The position numbers and the translations under genes are program-made. A stretch of DNA of 64,000 nt from an uncultured delta proteobacterium (lineage in GTDB: Bacteria; Desulfobacterota; Binatia; UBA9968), in NCBI GenBank assembly GCA_963728565.1, contig CAVSLC010000023.1, forward strand, positions 256,001 through 320,000, read 5' to 3'. The notes below the pieces were generated by a model. It was given only the letters and a program-made list of their open reading frames with translations, was not told the DNA's origin and searched no databases. Below are positions 29,136 through 42,609 of this stretch, piece by piece. The number at the start of each line of letters is the position of its first letter. The stretch's first letter is position 1.

Positions 29136-29397
29136 GGTGTTGTTTCCAGGCGCAACCACTGCCAAGCGCCGAGCTGCGCGTCCGCGCAACGAGCACAGCT
29201 CGAACGCAATCCTTCTCGAGTTTCCTGCCTGGTCAGCGCAACGCCGGTCGAGATCGTACCGCCAGTCAAGCGCGCAGCCCACGCGGCGCCGACGGTCTCT
29301 CATTCGACGCGGCTTCCACGCCAAGGCAAAGATCGGGTCCAGCTACGGCGCCAGCTCCAAGAGCAGACCCTTGGGCGGCTTTTCTTCGCCGCTGCGG

Positions 29398-31083
29398 CTA
29401 TCCGCCGGAGCCGACGAGCCGGAATCTTGCGCCCACGAGCGTCGCCACGATCACCAGGCTGGTGGAGACAAGGATCATCATGATGCCGAGGGCCGAGAGT
29501 CTTCCCCACAGGCCGTCTTCGGCGAAGCGCAGGATTTGAACCGCGAGAACTTCCGTGCCCGGCCGAGAGAGGACGACCGAGAGCGTCAGCTCGCGCACGA
29601 ACATCGTCGCCATGAGAATCCAGGCCGAGACGATGCCCGGAACGAGAAGGGGAATCATGATGCGGCGCATGGTCAGCAGCGGACTCGCCCCGCAGACGCG
29701 CGACGACTCCTCGAGATGCGCGTGGATCTGCACGAAGGCACTCGACAGCGGCCGGATGCCGTATGGCATGTAGATGGCGATGTAGCCGATCAGCAGGGCC
29801 CACAGGGTGGCGTACAGCGGCGTCTGAACGAAGAACCACATGAAGCCTATGCCGATGACGATGCCCGGAAACGAAAACGACAGATAGCTCAGGGACTCGA
29901 GGATGCCGGAAGCCGTGGATCGCACCTTGACGATAACGTAGGCGATGAAAATCGAAAGCAGCACGCCCAGAGTCGCGCCGGCCACTCCCAAAAGGAGGCT
30001 GTTCTTCAGCGACAGCACCGAAATGGGATCTTGCAGAACTTCGATCCAGTGCTTCCAGCTCATCAGGGAGAACGCCCGGGCGCTCGGCACCATGGAGTAG
30101 GGCACGAGCGAGGTGTAGAAGAGGACGGCCACCGGGAGCACGATCAGGATCAGAGAGAGAAGCCCCACGATGACGAAGAGGGGAATTCGCGCACCCTTGA
30201 GCTCCACGACCGCCGGACGAAAACCGCGGCTCGAGATCGTCACGTATCGTTCGCTTTCCGAGGTCAGTGCCCGGTAGACAATGATGAGAATGACCGAGAC
30301 CGCCAGCACGCTCATTCCTACCGCCGCGGCCTTGCCGTAGTCCGGCGCGAAGCCCCTGGCGATCATTTCGTACAGGTAGGTGGCGAGCACATACACGCGT
30401 CCGGGCATGCCGAGCACCGACGGCACGGCGAATGAGGCCAAGCTACGGACCACGCTCAGAATGAAGGCCGCCAGGATGGCGGGGCGCAGCACCGGCAGAG
30501 TCACGCGCCGCAGCGTGCGCCAAGTGCCGGCCCCGAACACTCGGGAAGATTCCTCCAGGGTCACGTCGAAGGAGCCCATGGCAGGCGCGATGATCAAGTA
30601 GGCGATGGGCAGCTCGAGCAGCCCCTCCACCAGGATCATGCCGGGCAAAGAATAAATATTGAACGGCGCGCTCTCGAGAGAAAACGACTGCTTGAGCACA
30701 AGGTTTATGATGCCGTTCGAAGGATTCAGCAGCAGCGCCCAGCTCACGGAAAAAAGCAGATGCGGGATCATCATCGGAATGATCGAGATGATCTGGAACA
30801 GGAACTTGAAAGGTATGTCGGTGCGGTTATTGAGATACGCGAGGAATAATGCCAGCCCGGTCGCGAGCGTTGATGAGCCGAGAACGAAGACGATCGTATT
30901 GGCGATCACCTCGAAAAACGCCGGGTCGGTGTAGGCCTGAATGTACTTGTCCAGGGTGAAGCTCCCGAAAGCGGTCAACCCTTTTGAAAAGCTTCCCAAG
31001 AGCAGCATGACCACCGGGCACAGGGTCAGTGAACCGACGATCAGAATCAGCGAGTAAGTCAGTTTCGATCGCGCCTGGACCAT
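29398..31083 (-). CDS. ABC transporter permease, FbpB/Fe3+-type with duplicated EAA domains
   Basis: Two EAA-like motifs (LEESSRVFGA and LEESSRVCGA); about 12 TM helices. Confidence 0.92.
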   Translation of the reverse strand: MVQARSKLTYSLILIVGSLTLCPVVMLLLGSFSKGLTAFGSFTLDKYIQAYTDPAFFEVIANTIVFVLGSSTLATGLALFLAYLNNRTDIPFKFLFQIISIIPMMIPHLLFSVSWALLLNPSNGIINLVLKQSFSLESAPFNIYSLPGMILVEGLLELPIAYLIIAPAMGSFDVTLEESSRVFGAGTWRTLRRVTLPVLRPAILAAFILSVVRSLASFAVPSVLGMPGRVYVLATYLYEMIARGFAPDYGKAAAVGMSVLAVSVILIIVYRALTSESERYVTISSRGFRPAVVELKGARIPLFVIVGLLSLILIVLPVAVLFYTSLVPYSMVPSARAFSLMSWKHWIEVLQDPISVLSLKNSLLLGVAGATLGVLLSIFIAYVIVKVRSTASGILESLSYLSFSFPGIVIGIGFMWFFVQTPLYATLWALLIGYIAIYMPYGIRPLSSAFVQIHAHLEESSRVCGASPLLTMRRIMIPLLVPGIVSAWILMATMFVRELTLSVVLSRPGTEVLAVQILRFAEDGLWGRLSALGIMMILVSTSLVIVATLVGARFRLVGSGG

Positions 31084-31098
31084 TCCATTCGGCCTTTA

Positions 31099-32184
31099 TC
31101 AGATGGAAACAAGCAGACAGTGCGCGGGATCCACACCGAAGGTGACGAGGTCGCCTTCTTCGACGGCTGTGTCCGTATCGAACCTCGCGAGCAGGCGCTC
31201 GGTCCCGACCCGGATTTCGGCCTCGTAGGCCTCGCCGATAAAAACCAGCGATTCGACGCGCCCCTCAAGATGGTTCGCGCCGTCCGCCGTCTCGCGCTCG
31301 GCGATGCGCAGGAATTCCGGCCGTATGCACAGCGTGGCCTCGCTTCCGATGGGAAGCTCGCGGACGTGGCACACGATCGTACCCAGGCCGCAATCCACGA
31401 TCGTGCGATCGGCTTCATGGGCGCGCACCTTTGCCTTGACCAGATTGGCGCGGCCGATGAAGTCGGCGACGAATCGGGTGTCGGCATCGAAATAGATCTT
31501 CTTCGGAGAGCCCATTTCGACGATCTGCCCCGTGCGCATCACCGCGACCACATCCGAGAGCACCAGCGCCTCGATTCGATCGTGGGTCACGTAGACAGCG
31601 GTGATCTTCAACTCGCGCAGGAAACCTCTCAGCTCCTTGCGGGTCTCCTCGCGGAGCTTCGCGTCGAGATTGCTTAAGGGCTCGTCGAATAGGATGACTT
31701 TGGGCTCGGCCACCAGGGCCCGCGCCAGCGCCACCCGTTGCTGCTGGCCCCCGGAGAGCTTGGTTGCCGGACGCCTCTCGAATCCTTCGAGGCGCACGAA
31801 GTGCAATGTCTTCTCGACCATTCGACGGATCACATCGCGCGGAAGCTTACGGACCTCAAGGGGATAAGCCACGTTATCGAAGACGTTCATGTGCGGCCAG
31901 ATGGCATAGGTCTGGAACACCATCGCGAGTCCCCGCTCCTCTGTCGCAATGGAGATGTTCTTCTCCTTCGACCAGACCAGCTCGCCGCCGATCCGGATCT
32001 CTCCTGTATCCGGAGTCTCCAACCCGACGATGCAGCGAAGCAGCGTGGTCTTGCCGCAACCGCTCGGTCCGAGAAGCGTGAATATCTGGTTGGCCGGGAT
32101 CGTCAGATCGACGTTGTCGAGCGCCGCGATGGTCTTGCCCTCGGAGAAGTAGCGCTTGCTGACACCCTGGATCTGGATTTCCAT
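31099..32184 (-). CDS. ABC transporter ATP-binding protein (FbpC/PotA-like, TOBE domain)
   Basis: GPSGCGKT, LSGGQQQRV and FDEPLSNLDAKLR. Confidence 0.95.
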   Translation of the reverse strand: MEIQIQGVSKRYFSEGKTIAALDNVDLTIPANQIFTLLGPSGCGKTTLLRCIVGLETPDTGEIRIGGELVWSKEKNISIATEERGLAMVFQTYAIWPHMNVFDNVAYPLEVRKLPRDVIRRMVEKTLHFVRLEGFERRPATKLSGGQQQRVALARALVAEPKVILFDEPLSNLDAKLREETRKELRGFLRELKITAVYVTHDRIEALVLSDVVAVMRTGQIVEMGSPKKIYFDADTRFVADFIGRANLVKAKVRAHEADRTIVDCGLGTIVCHVRELPIGSEATLCIRPEFLRIAERETADGANHLEGRVESLVFIGEAYEAEIRVGTERLLARFDTDTAVEEGDLVTFGVDPAHCLLVSI

Positions 32185-32199
32185 AGTGTGCGGTCGAGC

Positions 32200-32310
32200 A
32201 AAGATTTATTCGCGCCAAGTGCGCCAAGTTCGCAAGTCCCGCAACCCAGGCTCAACTAGTTCGATCTTTAAAACTTGGTGTTCTTTGCGGGCTTTGCGCC
32301 AGATCTTTGC
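32200..32310. repeat. REP-like imperfect inverted repeat between the SBP and ATPase genes
   Basis: AAAGATTT..CGCGCCAAGTGCGCCAAGTTCGCAAG ... CTTGGTGTTCTTTGCGGGCTTTGCGCCAGATCTTT; tandem CGCCAAG units facing their approximate complement. Confidence 0.5.
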
Positions 32311-32342
32311 TTTGAAACTTCGGCGCCGCCGCACTGGCAACA

Positions 32343-33342
32343 TTACCTGACGTTGAAAATCTTCTTGAACTCGCTCCCCCATTTGTTGGTTTCTTCGTCC
32401 GATAACTCGCGGATGGCGATGACGTTGGCCTGGCTGATTCCGTCGATGGGAGGATAGACCCCGGGCGCAAGCACGTACTCGCCGACGTCCTTGGCGAGCA
32501 TCCCCATGGCTTTCTGCGACAGCCAGTAGTCGACGAACAGCCGCGCTGCGTTGGGATGCGGCGCCTTGGAGGCCACGGCGATGGCCCGAGGTGTGCCGAG
32601 CATGGGCTGCGACACCCGCGCCCAGTCGAGCGGCGCCGGAGCGTTGGTAATGATGTACTTGGGCATGGAGATGCCGATGGGCTTCTCGCCGCTTGCGATC
32701 GGCGCCGGTGTCGGCCCGAGCGAGGCCACGAACATGGGCCGGTTGGCGGCGAGCCCTTTCACGAATTTCATCCACTCGGCCTCGGACTTGAACACGTGCT
32801 CCTTGAGCCCAATCAGCCAGCCGATCGTCGTGGCGTGGTTCGCCGGATTGGGCATGACGATCTTGTCCTTCCACTTGGGATCGGTGAGATCCTCATAGCG
32901 CCGCGGCACGTCGGCCTTTTTCGCCAGCTCCTTGTTATAGATCAGCGCTATGTACTCGACGCCGAAAAGTTGGATGGAGTCGTCCTTGTTCGTCCACTGT
33001 GGGTAACCCGCAGCGGCCGGTGAGCGGTAGCGCGCCAGCATGCCTTTTTCGTTGAGAAGCTCCAGGATCGGCAATGGCGCCTGGACCACGTCGGCCATGA
33101 ACCTGCCGGCCTCGAATTCGGTGATGGCAGTCGCCACGAACTTCGCGGTCGAGATCCTGGTGTACTCAGCCTTCACGCCGGTATCGTCGGCGAAGGCTTT
33201 CATAATGGGCTCGACGGCGGTGATGTTGGCGTAGAAGGCCGCTTTGCCCTCCGCCTTGGACTTGTCGAGCAGGGGATGGTCCGCGGCTTGGGTTGTGCGC
33301 GGCCGCGAACAGAGCTATGAATGCGATCAGAATGTTCCTCAT
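32343..33342 (-). CDS. Extracellular solute-binding protein (FbpA/AfuA-like); 1-nt frameshift in the signal-peptide region
   Basis: MRNILIAFIALFAA start with GGAG RBS is 1 nt out of frame with ...KAEGKAAFYAN...DLTDPKWKDK...APHPNAARLFVDY. Confidence 0.88.
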
Positions 33343-34082
33343 GATAGTTCTCCTGTAGCTATCGATTTTAACAACTTCGTATCCCTTGATCGTTCACTCC
33401 GTGGCAAATCTCCGCCGTTCGATTCTGTGCGACTTTATGGCGTCAGCAGCCTTGAGCAATTCATATACCGGATCTCACATCGTCCCGGCTCCTTACCGAT
33501 CAGGCGCTTGCATCTTTTCGCAACCATGCCATTTACTGCAAGTTCCTTTTTCATTCCTAGGGATAGCGTGGCGCCCAAAGATTTCAGCGGAATGCTGAAC
33601 ACCCGATACACGATCATCGAAGCAAATCGTAATTTCCTGCTGCTTCAAAACGCGCAGCACACGATGCCTATACCAAGCCGCCACAGAAATCCAGATGCGA
33701 CGCCCCCCTCTTATGGCCACCCTCATAGCGTACGGGGAGTGGATATCGAGCGGTTTGCGCGCCGCGCTCTGTTGTTCCCTGAGTGCATAGGCAATGTATC
33801 CGAGCGATTGAAGATCATCATCAAGCTGCTGCACCAACGCCGGTGTGTCACAGAAATTTCTGATGGATGTTTCCGACGCTGAATAAGAGTTTACGCTGCA
33901 CGGAATGCGTCCATGACTGGAAAATCGCGGACAAGGTCCATGTGGCTGGCCGAGCTTTAAGCGAGCAATCCACGTACTCGATTGTTCAGTTTTCCTGGTG
34001 TTGCGGCGTGGTTTCAACGCACTCAATAGACAGACGCTTTCGCAGTCATGCACATTTTTGCCTACGTTTTTTTCAAGGTTGA

Positions 34083-36491
<2,409 letters not shown>

Positions 36492-36915
36492 ATTTAGCGA
36501 CGATGTCATCGAGAGGTTCCGAAGCGTGTCGTGAATTGCCCTACCGGATGATTCGAATGCGATTGAATTTCCAAGACTAAGGAGTGTTCCGTTGCATTGG
36601 AGAAATCGCTGATCCGATTTGTCTCTATTGGTGAAGTCATGACGGCCGATGACCGCGTTCACAGGCAGCGCCGCACATCTTACCGCCGTTGCCAATGACT
36701 CCCGGCAATGCCGCAGGATCTTGGAGAAAAAAACGGAAAAACTGTTCCGTATGGGCCGATCAAGAGCGCGGTTGGAAATCGCCCCCGGATCTTCCATCAG
36801 CAAACACCGGCGTCGCCTTGCCCGCTGGGATAAGCGGTAGAATGGGTGGGTTCTTTTCTAGACCGGAAAATAAACTATTGAATTCAGGCTTGCACAGCTG
36901 ATGTGTGCGCTGCTG

Positions 36916-37401
36916 TCAGCGATGACCGGAATGTTTGTCTCTTTTCAAGGAATTTAGATAAGTAGCCAAATCAGAAACCTGCTTGACCGTTAGCGCGTCA
37001 CTATAGGTTGGCATTTTTGACGTGCCGTCGGCTCCCAGAAATCCCATTTCTTTGTCTTGCGGATCGATCACCGCATTGGGATTGACGATCGACTCTGCAA
37101 AGAATTCGGGAGGATGCCTGCCTGCCATTTGAGAAAGCTCTGGGCCTATACCTTTGTCGCCGTCGGCGACGACCGGGAAAGACTCACCCTCAATTTCGTG
37201 GCATTTATAGCATTCTGATTCTACGAAGAGTTTTTTCCCTTCGACTGCGTCACCTGGGGGCAAAGTAAACTTCCAATTAAGCGGTGCATGCTCTCCGGTG
37301 GCAGGATGGACCGGCTCCTGTTCCGCGTTCTTAGTACAGGATATGGTTACGGCACTGATCCCCAATATGTATAAGAGGACAGCTGTCGAGGTGGCTCTCA
37401 T
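36916..37401 (-). CDS. Monoheme c-type cytochrome (lipoprotein-like)
   Basis: GDAVEGKKLF..ECYKCH, IGPELS, AESIVNP and SKMP (Met axial ligand); lipobox-like TISC. Confidence 0.85.
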   Translation of the reverse strand: MRATSTAVLLYILGISAVTISCTKNAEQEPVHPATGEHAPLNWKFTLPPGDAVEGKKLFVESECYKCHEIEGESFPVVADGDKGIGPELSQMAGRHPPEFFAESIVNPNAVIDPQDKEMGFLGADGTSKMPTYSDALTVKQVSDLATYLNSLKRDKHSGHR

Positions 37402-37450
37402 TAGTTTCCACTCCGGGCCTTCAGGCTGAAAGCAACATCGCTGCTCTGCG

Positions 37451-37993
37451 ATGCGGTTGAACCGATTCTCCCCTGTCTCCGTCGGGATCGTTTTCGCGTA
37501 TCCACCGATTCCACCAACGGACGCGCGCTTCAGAATGCAGGATAGCCGATACAGTCTAATTTTCTTACCCCTCCGATACAGTTCCCGATTAGCCTCGGCA
37601 TTCCAGAAAGCCGCTACAATTTGTCGAGCGCTCCAGGAAGGAACAATGGTATTTAGCTTTGCGGTTGTTTCTACTCCTCCTCAGAACAACATTTCATGTC
37701 CTTCATCGCGTGGAGGAACGATTGCTGAGTTCCGTCGGCTGCTGGAGAGTGAAGCGCGGGAAAATTTCTCCAAACTCGTCGAGTGCAAAAAAATCAAACC
37801 GGGAGAGTTTGAGACGATCATAAGCTCCGGGCTGAGCCCAGGTGAGATGATTGCGAAAGAGGCGAAAAAGCATAAGGCGGATATGATCGTCGTGGCCAGC
37901 CATGGGCGCTCCGGATTACAACGGTTGTTTTTAGGGAGCGTCGCGGAGAGAACGTTGCGTCGCGCCGATCGTCCGATGTTACTGATGAAGTAA
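37451..37993 (+). CDS. Universal stress protein (N-terminus uncertain or degraded)
   Basis: ADMIVVASHGRSGLQRLFLGSVAERTLRRADRPML C-terminal USP signature. Confidence 0.7.
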   Translation: MRLNRFSPVSVGIVFAYPPIPPTDARFRMQDSRYSLIFLPLRYSSRLASAFQKAATICRALQEGTMVFSFAVVSTPPQNNISCPSSRGGTIAEFRRLLESEARENFSKLVECKKIKPGEFETIISSGLSPGEMIAKEAKKHKADMIVVASHGRSGLQRLFLGSVAERTLRRADRPMLLMK

Positions 37994-38119
37994 CTTGTAC
38001 AGAAAGAGGACATGAGTCGCCTGCTTCGATGTTGATTGGTGATACTCGTCGCTTTCTCCACTTGCCCGCGATAGTAACGAATCTTGTGTCGGTGATAAGC
38101 CCTGAGAAAGCGCAGATGC

Positions 38120-40937
38120 TTACCTGTTGTTTTCCGGTTTGACGCGAATGCGCGCATCGACCACCACGCATCCTCGGCCCGGTTGCAACGCGATCACCGG
38201 ATTCAGCTCGAGTTCTTCTATTTCCGGAACCTCCTCAACCAATCGGGCAACGCGCAGCAAGAGCTCTTCAATTGCCGGTATATCCGCTGGCAAATGGCCG
38301 CGATAGCCCTGGAGCAGACGATAGCCGCGAATCGTTCGCACCATCTCCGCCGCGTCCAGATCAGTGATTGGCGTGACTCGAAATGAAACGTCTTTAAGAA
38401 TTTCGACGTGAATACCACCCAAGCCAAACGCAATCAAAGGGCCGAAAGATCGATCTTGTGTGACTCCAACCATCAACTCAACACCACCTGAAATCATCGG
38501 CTGCACGATCACACCGTCCATTGCGTGCAATAGGTTTTGCTTCGCGAGTTGTTTACTAATGTGGTCGAATGCGCGATGGACCTCCGTTTCATCCTGCAGA
38601 TTCAACTGAACGCCGCCGAATTCAGTCTTGTGAATGATTTCCCGGGATGCAAGCTTGAGCGCAACGGGAAAGCCAATCTGCTGCGCCACTCGCGCCGCCT
38701 CCTGTTCCGTGCGACAGAAGCCCCCGGGCGGCAAAGGCAGCGCCATTGCCGTGAGCACTTTACGGTTCTCTTCCGCCGAGAGCCAGCCGGTGCCGCGTTC
38801 CTGTAGGATGACTCGGCATATCGAACGCGCCACTGTAGGTTCAATATCAGCAAAGTCAGGAATCATACCCGCGGGTTGGTTTTTCCATTCGCCGTAGTCG
38901 GCAAGCTTGCTTAAGACCCGTGCGGGAGTTTCCGGGAAAGCGAAGTTCGGGATGCTATCGCCATCAATACTGATTGGCATCCGACTGCTCTGAGATGCCA
39001 TGATGCAGGCCAATACTGGCTTTTGCGCTCCAGCCGTTTTCCTTGCGGCGGTAACTCCGGACGCAATACCATGCTTTATGGAACCAACATCGGTAAGAGC
39101 AACGTCGACGTAAAGCACTATGAGAGCATCGACTTCAGTGCATGGCAGAAGAACTTCCAAAGCCTTGCAGTAGTGGTCGCCCGACGCGGAGGCGATCATG
39201 TCAACGGGATTGGTTACGCTCGCCGCGGCGGGTAAAAAATCCTTTAACCGAATTTTGGTTTCGGGGCGCAGCTCGGGAACGATCAATCGATTGGCTTCAC
39301 AGCTATCGGCGCAAAGGATTCCTAATCCGCCGGCATTCGTAAGAATGGCTACACGGCGGCCGGCCGGCAGAGCTTGAGTGCTTAGCGCAGTCGCCAGATC
39401 AAACAACTCCTCCAATGTCTCCGCGCGAATGACGCCGGTCTGATGAAAGAGCGAATCTACAGCCACGTCGCTTGCCGCCAGAGCAGCGGTATGCGAACTG
39501 GCTGCGCGGTGCCCTGCGCTGGTTCTTCCCGCTTTGACGGCGACAATGGGCTTACGGCGCCCGACTCGTTTTGCGATGCGAGCGAAGCGTCGTGGATTGC
39601 CGAAGGATTCAAGGTAGAGAAGAATCACTTCCGTCTGCTTGTCCTCTTCCCAATATTGCAGCAGATCATTGCCGGATACGTCGGCCTTGTTGCCGACGCT
39701 GATAAAGTTTGCAAGCCCGAGCTGGCGTTCTTGCGCCAGCGAGAGGATCGCCAAACCTAGAGCGCCGCTTTGCGACGAAAGCGAGATTCGACCCGGCGTT
39801 GAAAAGAGCGGAGAAAAAGAAGCATTCAAACGCACGGCTGGATCTGTGTTCATCAATCCCAAACAGTTAGGCCCCACCATGCGCATGCCATAGCCACGCA
39901 CTTTATTGATGAGCTGTTGTTGCAAAGCGGCTCCGGCCGCGCCTGTTTCGGCGAATCCGGCAGAAATGATGATCACGCCCTTGACGCCGCGGCTAGCGCA
40001 ATCATCAATGACGCTGAGAACCGCATCGCGCGGCACAGCAATGATCGCGAGATCCACCGACTGGGGTATGTCGGTGACCGTCGGGTAGGCAACGAGCCCG
40101 CTGATGGTGGCGGCGCTTGGGTTGACCGGATAAATCGGTCCGCCAAATCCGCCGCCGATGAGGCCTCTCAGGATACGACCGCCGATCGTCGCCGGATTGC
40201 GCGAAGCGCCGACCAAGGCGACAGACCCTGGTCGAAAAAAAGCGTGCAAGGATGCTACGGTCGAAGCTCGGTCGCGCAGCTCGGCGCGGGTGACGCTAAG
40301 TTCGCTGGGGATGACCGAAAGATCGATATCCACATACCCTTCAGAGTGCTTGCGCTGGCAATCAAAACCGGACTCTAGAAAAACATCCAACATTGGCTTG
40401 TTCTCGCTCATGGTGACCGCGCGAAATCGGCGAAAGCCGTTTCTCACGGCCAACAACGTAAGTCGCTCGAGAAGCAGAGTACCGATACCTTTGCCTTGGA
40501 ACTTATCATCCACGGCCATAGCGACTTCTGCAGTGTTCTCGTCAACGCCAACGTAATTTCCGGTAGCAATGATGCGAACACCAGCCCGGCTTGATCTAGT
40601 AACGATTAGGCTCAGCTGCTTGCGCGGGTCCGAAGGATCGCAAAATACCCTCATCAGTTTTTCAGCCGGACGGCCAGAACCAAAAAATCGGCGCCTCTTA
40701 GACTCACTCGACAGCGCTGCGAAAAACTTCACCATCGCCCCGCAGTCCTCGGGTCGAGCCAGCCGAATCTCCGCAGTGGTACCATCGCGCAGGATCAATC
40801 TTCCTGACTCAACGGAGTCCTGATAAGGCATCGGCAAATATCGTGGGTGAACGGAAGCCACAGAGTCTTGTAGAACAACACCCGGCGAAGTTTCAAGATG
40901 AATCCCTGTCAAGTTAGCTCCGGCATCATCAGACATA
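38120..40937 (-). CDS. N-terminal GNAT + NDP-forming acyl-CoA synthetase domains (Pat-type protein lysine acetyltransferase)
   Basis: RDGT..IR, AEVAMAVDDKFQGKGIGTLLL (GNAT), VALVGAS, GPNCLG, SQSGALG, SHTAAL, HKTEFGGV (ATP-grasp); start uncertain. Confidence 0.9.
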
Positions 40938-40957
40938 AGCGGAACATTTCCATCTAG

Positions 40958-40984
40958 TTGACACGTGTTTGTCTTTACTATAAT
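40958..40984 (+). promoter_or_regulatory. Putative sigma70 promoter for iclR
   Basis: TTGACA-N15-TATAAT; both hexamers match consensus but the spacer is short. Confidence 0.45.
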
Positions 40985-41025
40985 TCGGGAGTGATTCCGG
41001 CCAAAATAGCATTTCAATTATTAAA

Positions 41026-41826
41026 ATGAACGCCTCAGTGACTAAAGCGATCGATCTTTTAGAGGAATTGAGCCGAGCGAGGAAGCCGCTCGCGTTAAAG
41101 GATCTTGCGCGCAACCTAAACCTGGACAAAGCAACGGCTTATCGCCTTCTGAATTCCTTGCGGCAAAAGGGGTTTGTTCAAAGAATCGACAATGGTGGCT
41201 TTTATGGTCTTGGACCGAAGCTGCTAGTGCTTGCCGAGGATTACCGCAGATGCTTTACCATGCGCGATGTAGTTGTGCCTTACCTGGAGCAGCTGGTCGA
41301 GGCCACCGGAGAGACGGCGATTTATTGCGAACGATTTCAGTACGACTCCTGTGTAACGATAGAACGCCGTGAAAGCCCTCATCATACGCGCACCGTAATC
41401 GAAACCGGAGTTCCGCGCCCTCTCTTTGTTGGCTCCTCTGCCTTCGCGATTCTGGCAGTGCTGCCGCAGGAAGAGATTCTTTCGATACTTAACGTGAAAA
41501 ATTTTGAGAAGTTCACACCCTTCACCATAACTTCGCCGAAGCAGATATTGAAAAAGATCGAGGAGATAAAGCGGCGCGGCTATGCGGTGAGCATTCAAGA
41601 AAGATACTCCTACACGGCGGGTGTCGCTGCTCCGTGTTTCCCTAGCAGAGACCTTGTCGGCAGCATAGCCGTTATAGGACCTGCCGAACGAATCAAAGCA
41701 AATGGAATCGAAAGAACCGGCAAGATAGTCAAGAAGTTCGCTGAACGTCTATCCACCACGCTTGGCTATTCCAGAGGCACGCAAAGCTCAGAGGCGAACG
41801 GAAAACGACTGCGGATGGTCAAGTAA
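41026..41826 (+). CDS. IclR family transcriptional regulator
   Basis: SVTKAIDLLEEL...KATAYRLLNSL HTH; IKRRGYAVS..E....GVAAP. Confidence 0.93.
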   Translation: MNASVTKAIDLLEELSRARKPLALKDLARNLNLDKATAYRLLNSLRQKGFVQRIDNGGFYGLGPKLLVLAEDYRRCFTMRDVVVPYLEQLVEATGETAIYCERFQYDSCVTIERRESPHHTRTVIETGVPRPLFVGSSAFAILAVLPQEEILSILNVKNFEKFTPFTITSPKQILKKIEEIKRRGYAVSIQERYSYTAGVAAPCFPSRDLVGSIAVIGPAERIKANGIERTGKIVKKFAERLSTTLGYSRGTQSSEANGKRLRMVK

Positions 41827-42576
41827 ATGGAACGACTCAAGAATCGTATCGCTATAATTACCGGGGCGGGTCAGGGGATCGGCAGAACGCTGGCGCTCGG
41901 GTTGGCTCGCGAAGGCGCCAAGGTGGTCGTTGCCGATATCAATGAAGAAAACGCCGCATCGGTCAAGAGCGAGGTCGAAGCGTCGGGCGGAACAGCCTTG
42001 GCAGCAAATACCGACGTGTCGAATGAGGACTCCGTACAAACAATGGTCGATGACTCGTTAAGAGAGTTCGGCAAGCTCGATATCTTGATCAACAATGCGG
42101 GCATTTTCCCGGTAAGCTCGGTAGAGGAAATGAAAGAGCAAGACTGGGATCGTGTCATCGGCACCAATCTGATAGGGGCGTTTCTCTGTGCGAGAGCCGT
42201 GTCCGGCAAATTTCTGCAGCAGGGAAGTGGCAGAATCATCAGCATCACTTCGGGACGAGCATTTCAGGGCGCCAAAAATGCCGCTCATTACGCATCTTCA
42301 AAGGCCGGCATCATCGGCCTTTCGAAATCCCTGGCATTAGAACTGGCGCCGCGTCAGATCACCGTGAATGTGATTTGCCCGGGGATCACCGATACGGCGC
42401 AACCGCGCGGCCATCAGAGCGAGGAGCAAATTTATGCTCAGGCGCAAAAAATTCCACTGGGTCGAATCGGCCAGCCCGAAGATCTGGTCGGCACCGCGGT
42501 GTTCTTGGCCAGCGATGCCGCCGGCTTTATCACCGGCCAGACGGTGATCGTCAATGGCGGCAGCATCATGTGGTAA
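41827..42576 (+). CDS. SDR family NAD(P)-dependent oxidoreductase
   Basis: TGAGQGIG, NNAG, YASSK and ITGQT. Confidence 0.95.
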   Translation: MERLKNRIAIITGAGQGIGRTLALGLAREGAKVVVADINEENAASVKSEVEASGGTALAANTDVSNEDSVQTMVDDSLREFGKLDILINNAGIFPVSSVEEMKEQDWDRVIGTNLIGAFLCARAVSGKFLQQGSGRIISITSGRAFQGAKNAAHYASSKAGIIGLSKSLALELAPRQITVNVICPGITDTAQPRGHQSEEQIYAQAQKIPLGRIGQPEDLVGTAVFLASDAAGFITGQTVIVNGGSIMW

Positions 42577-42609
42577 GTGGAAGATTTGTCTCGAGGGCAG
42601 AGTGAAATC

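Noticed and set aside
28942-30435. Long 497-aa plus-strand ORF and similar overlapping ORFs (e.g. 34218-35093, 15848-16612)
   Set aside because: Antisense shadows of real GC-rich genes, with no recognisable motifs.
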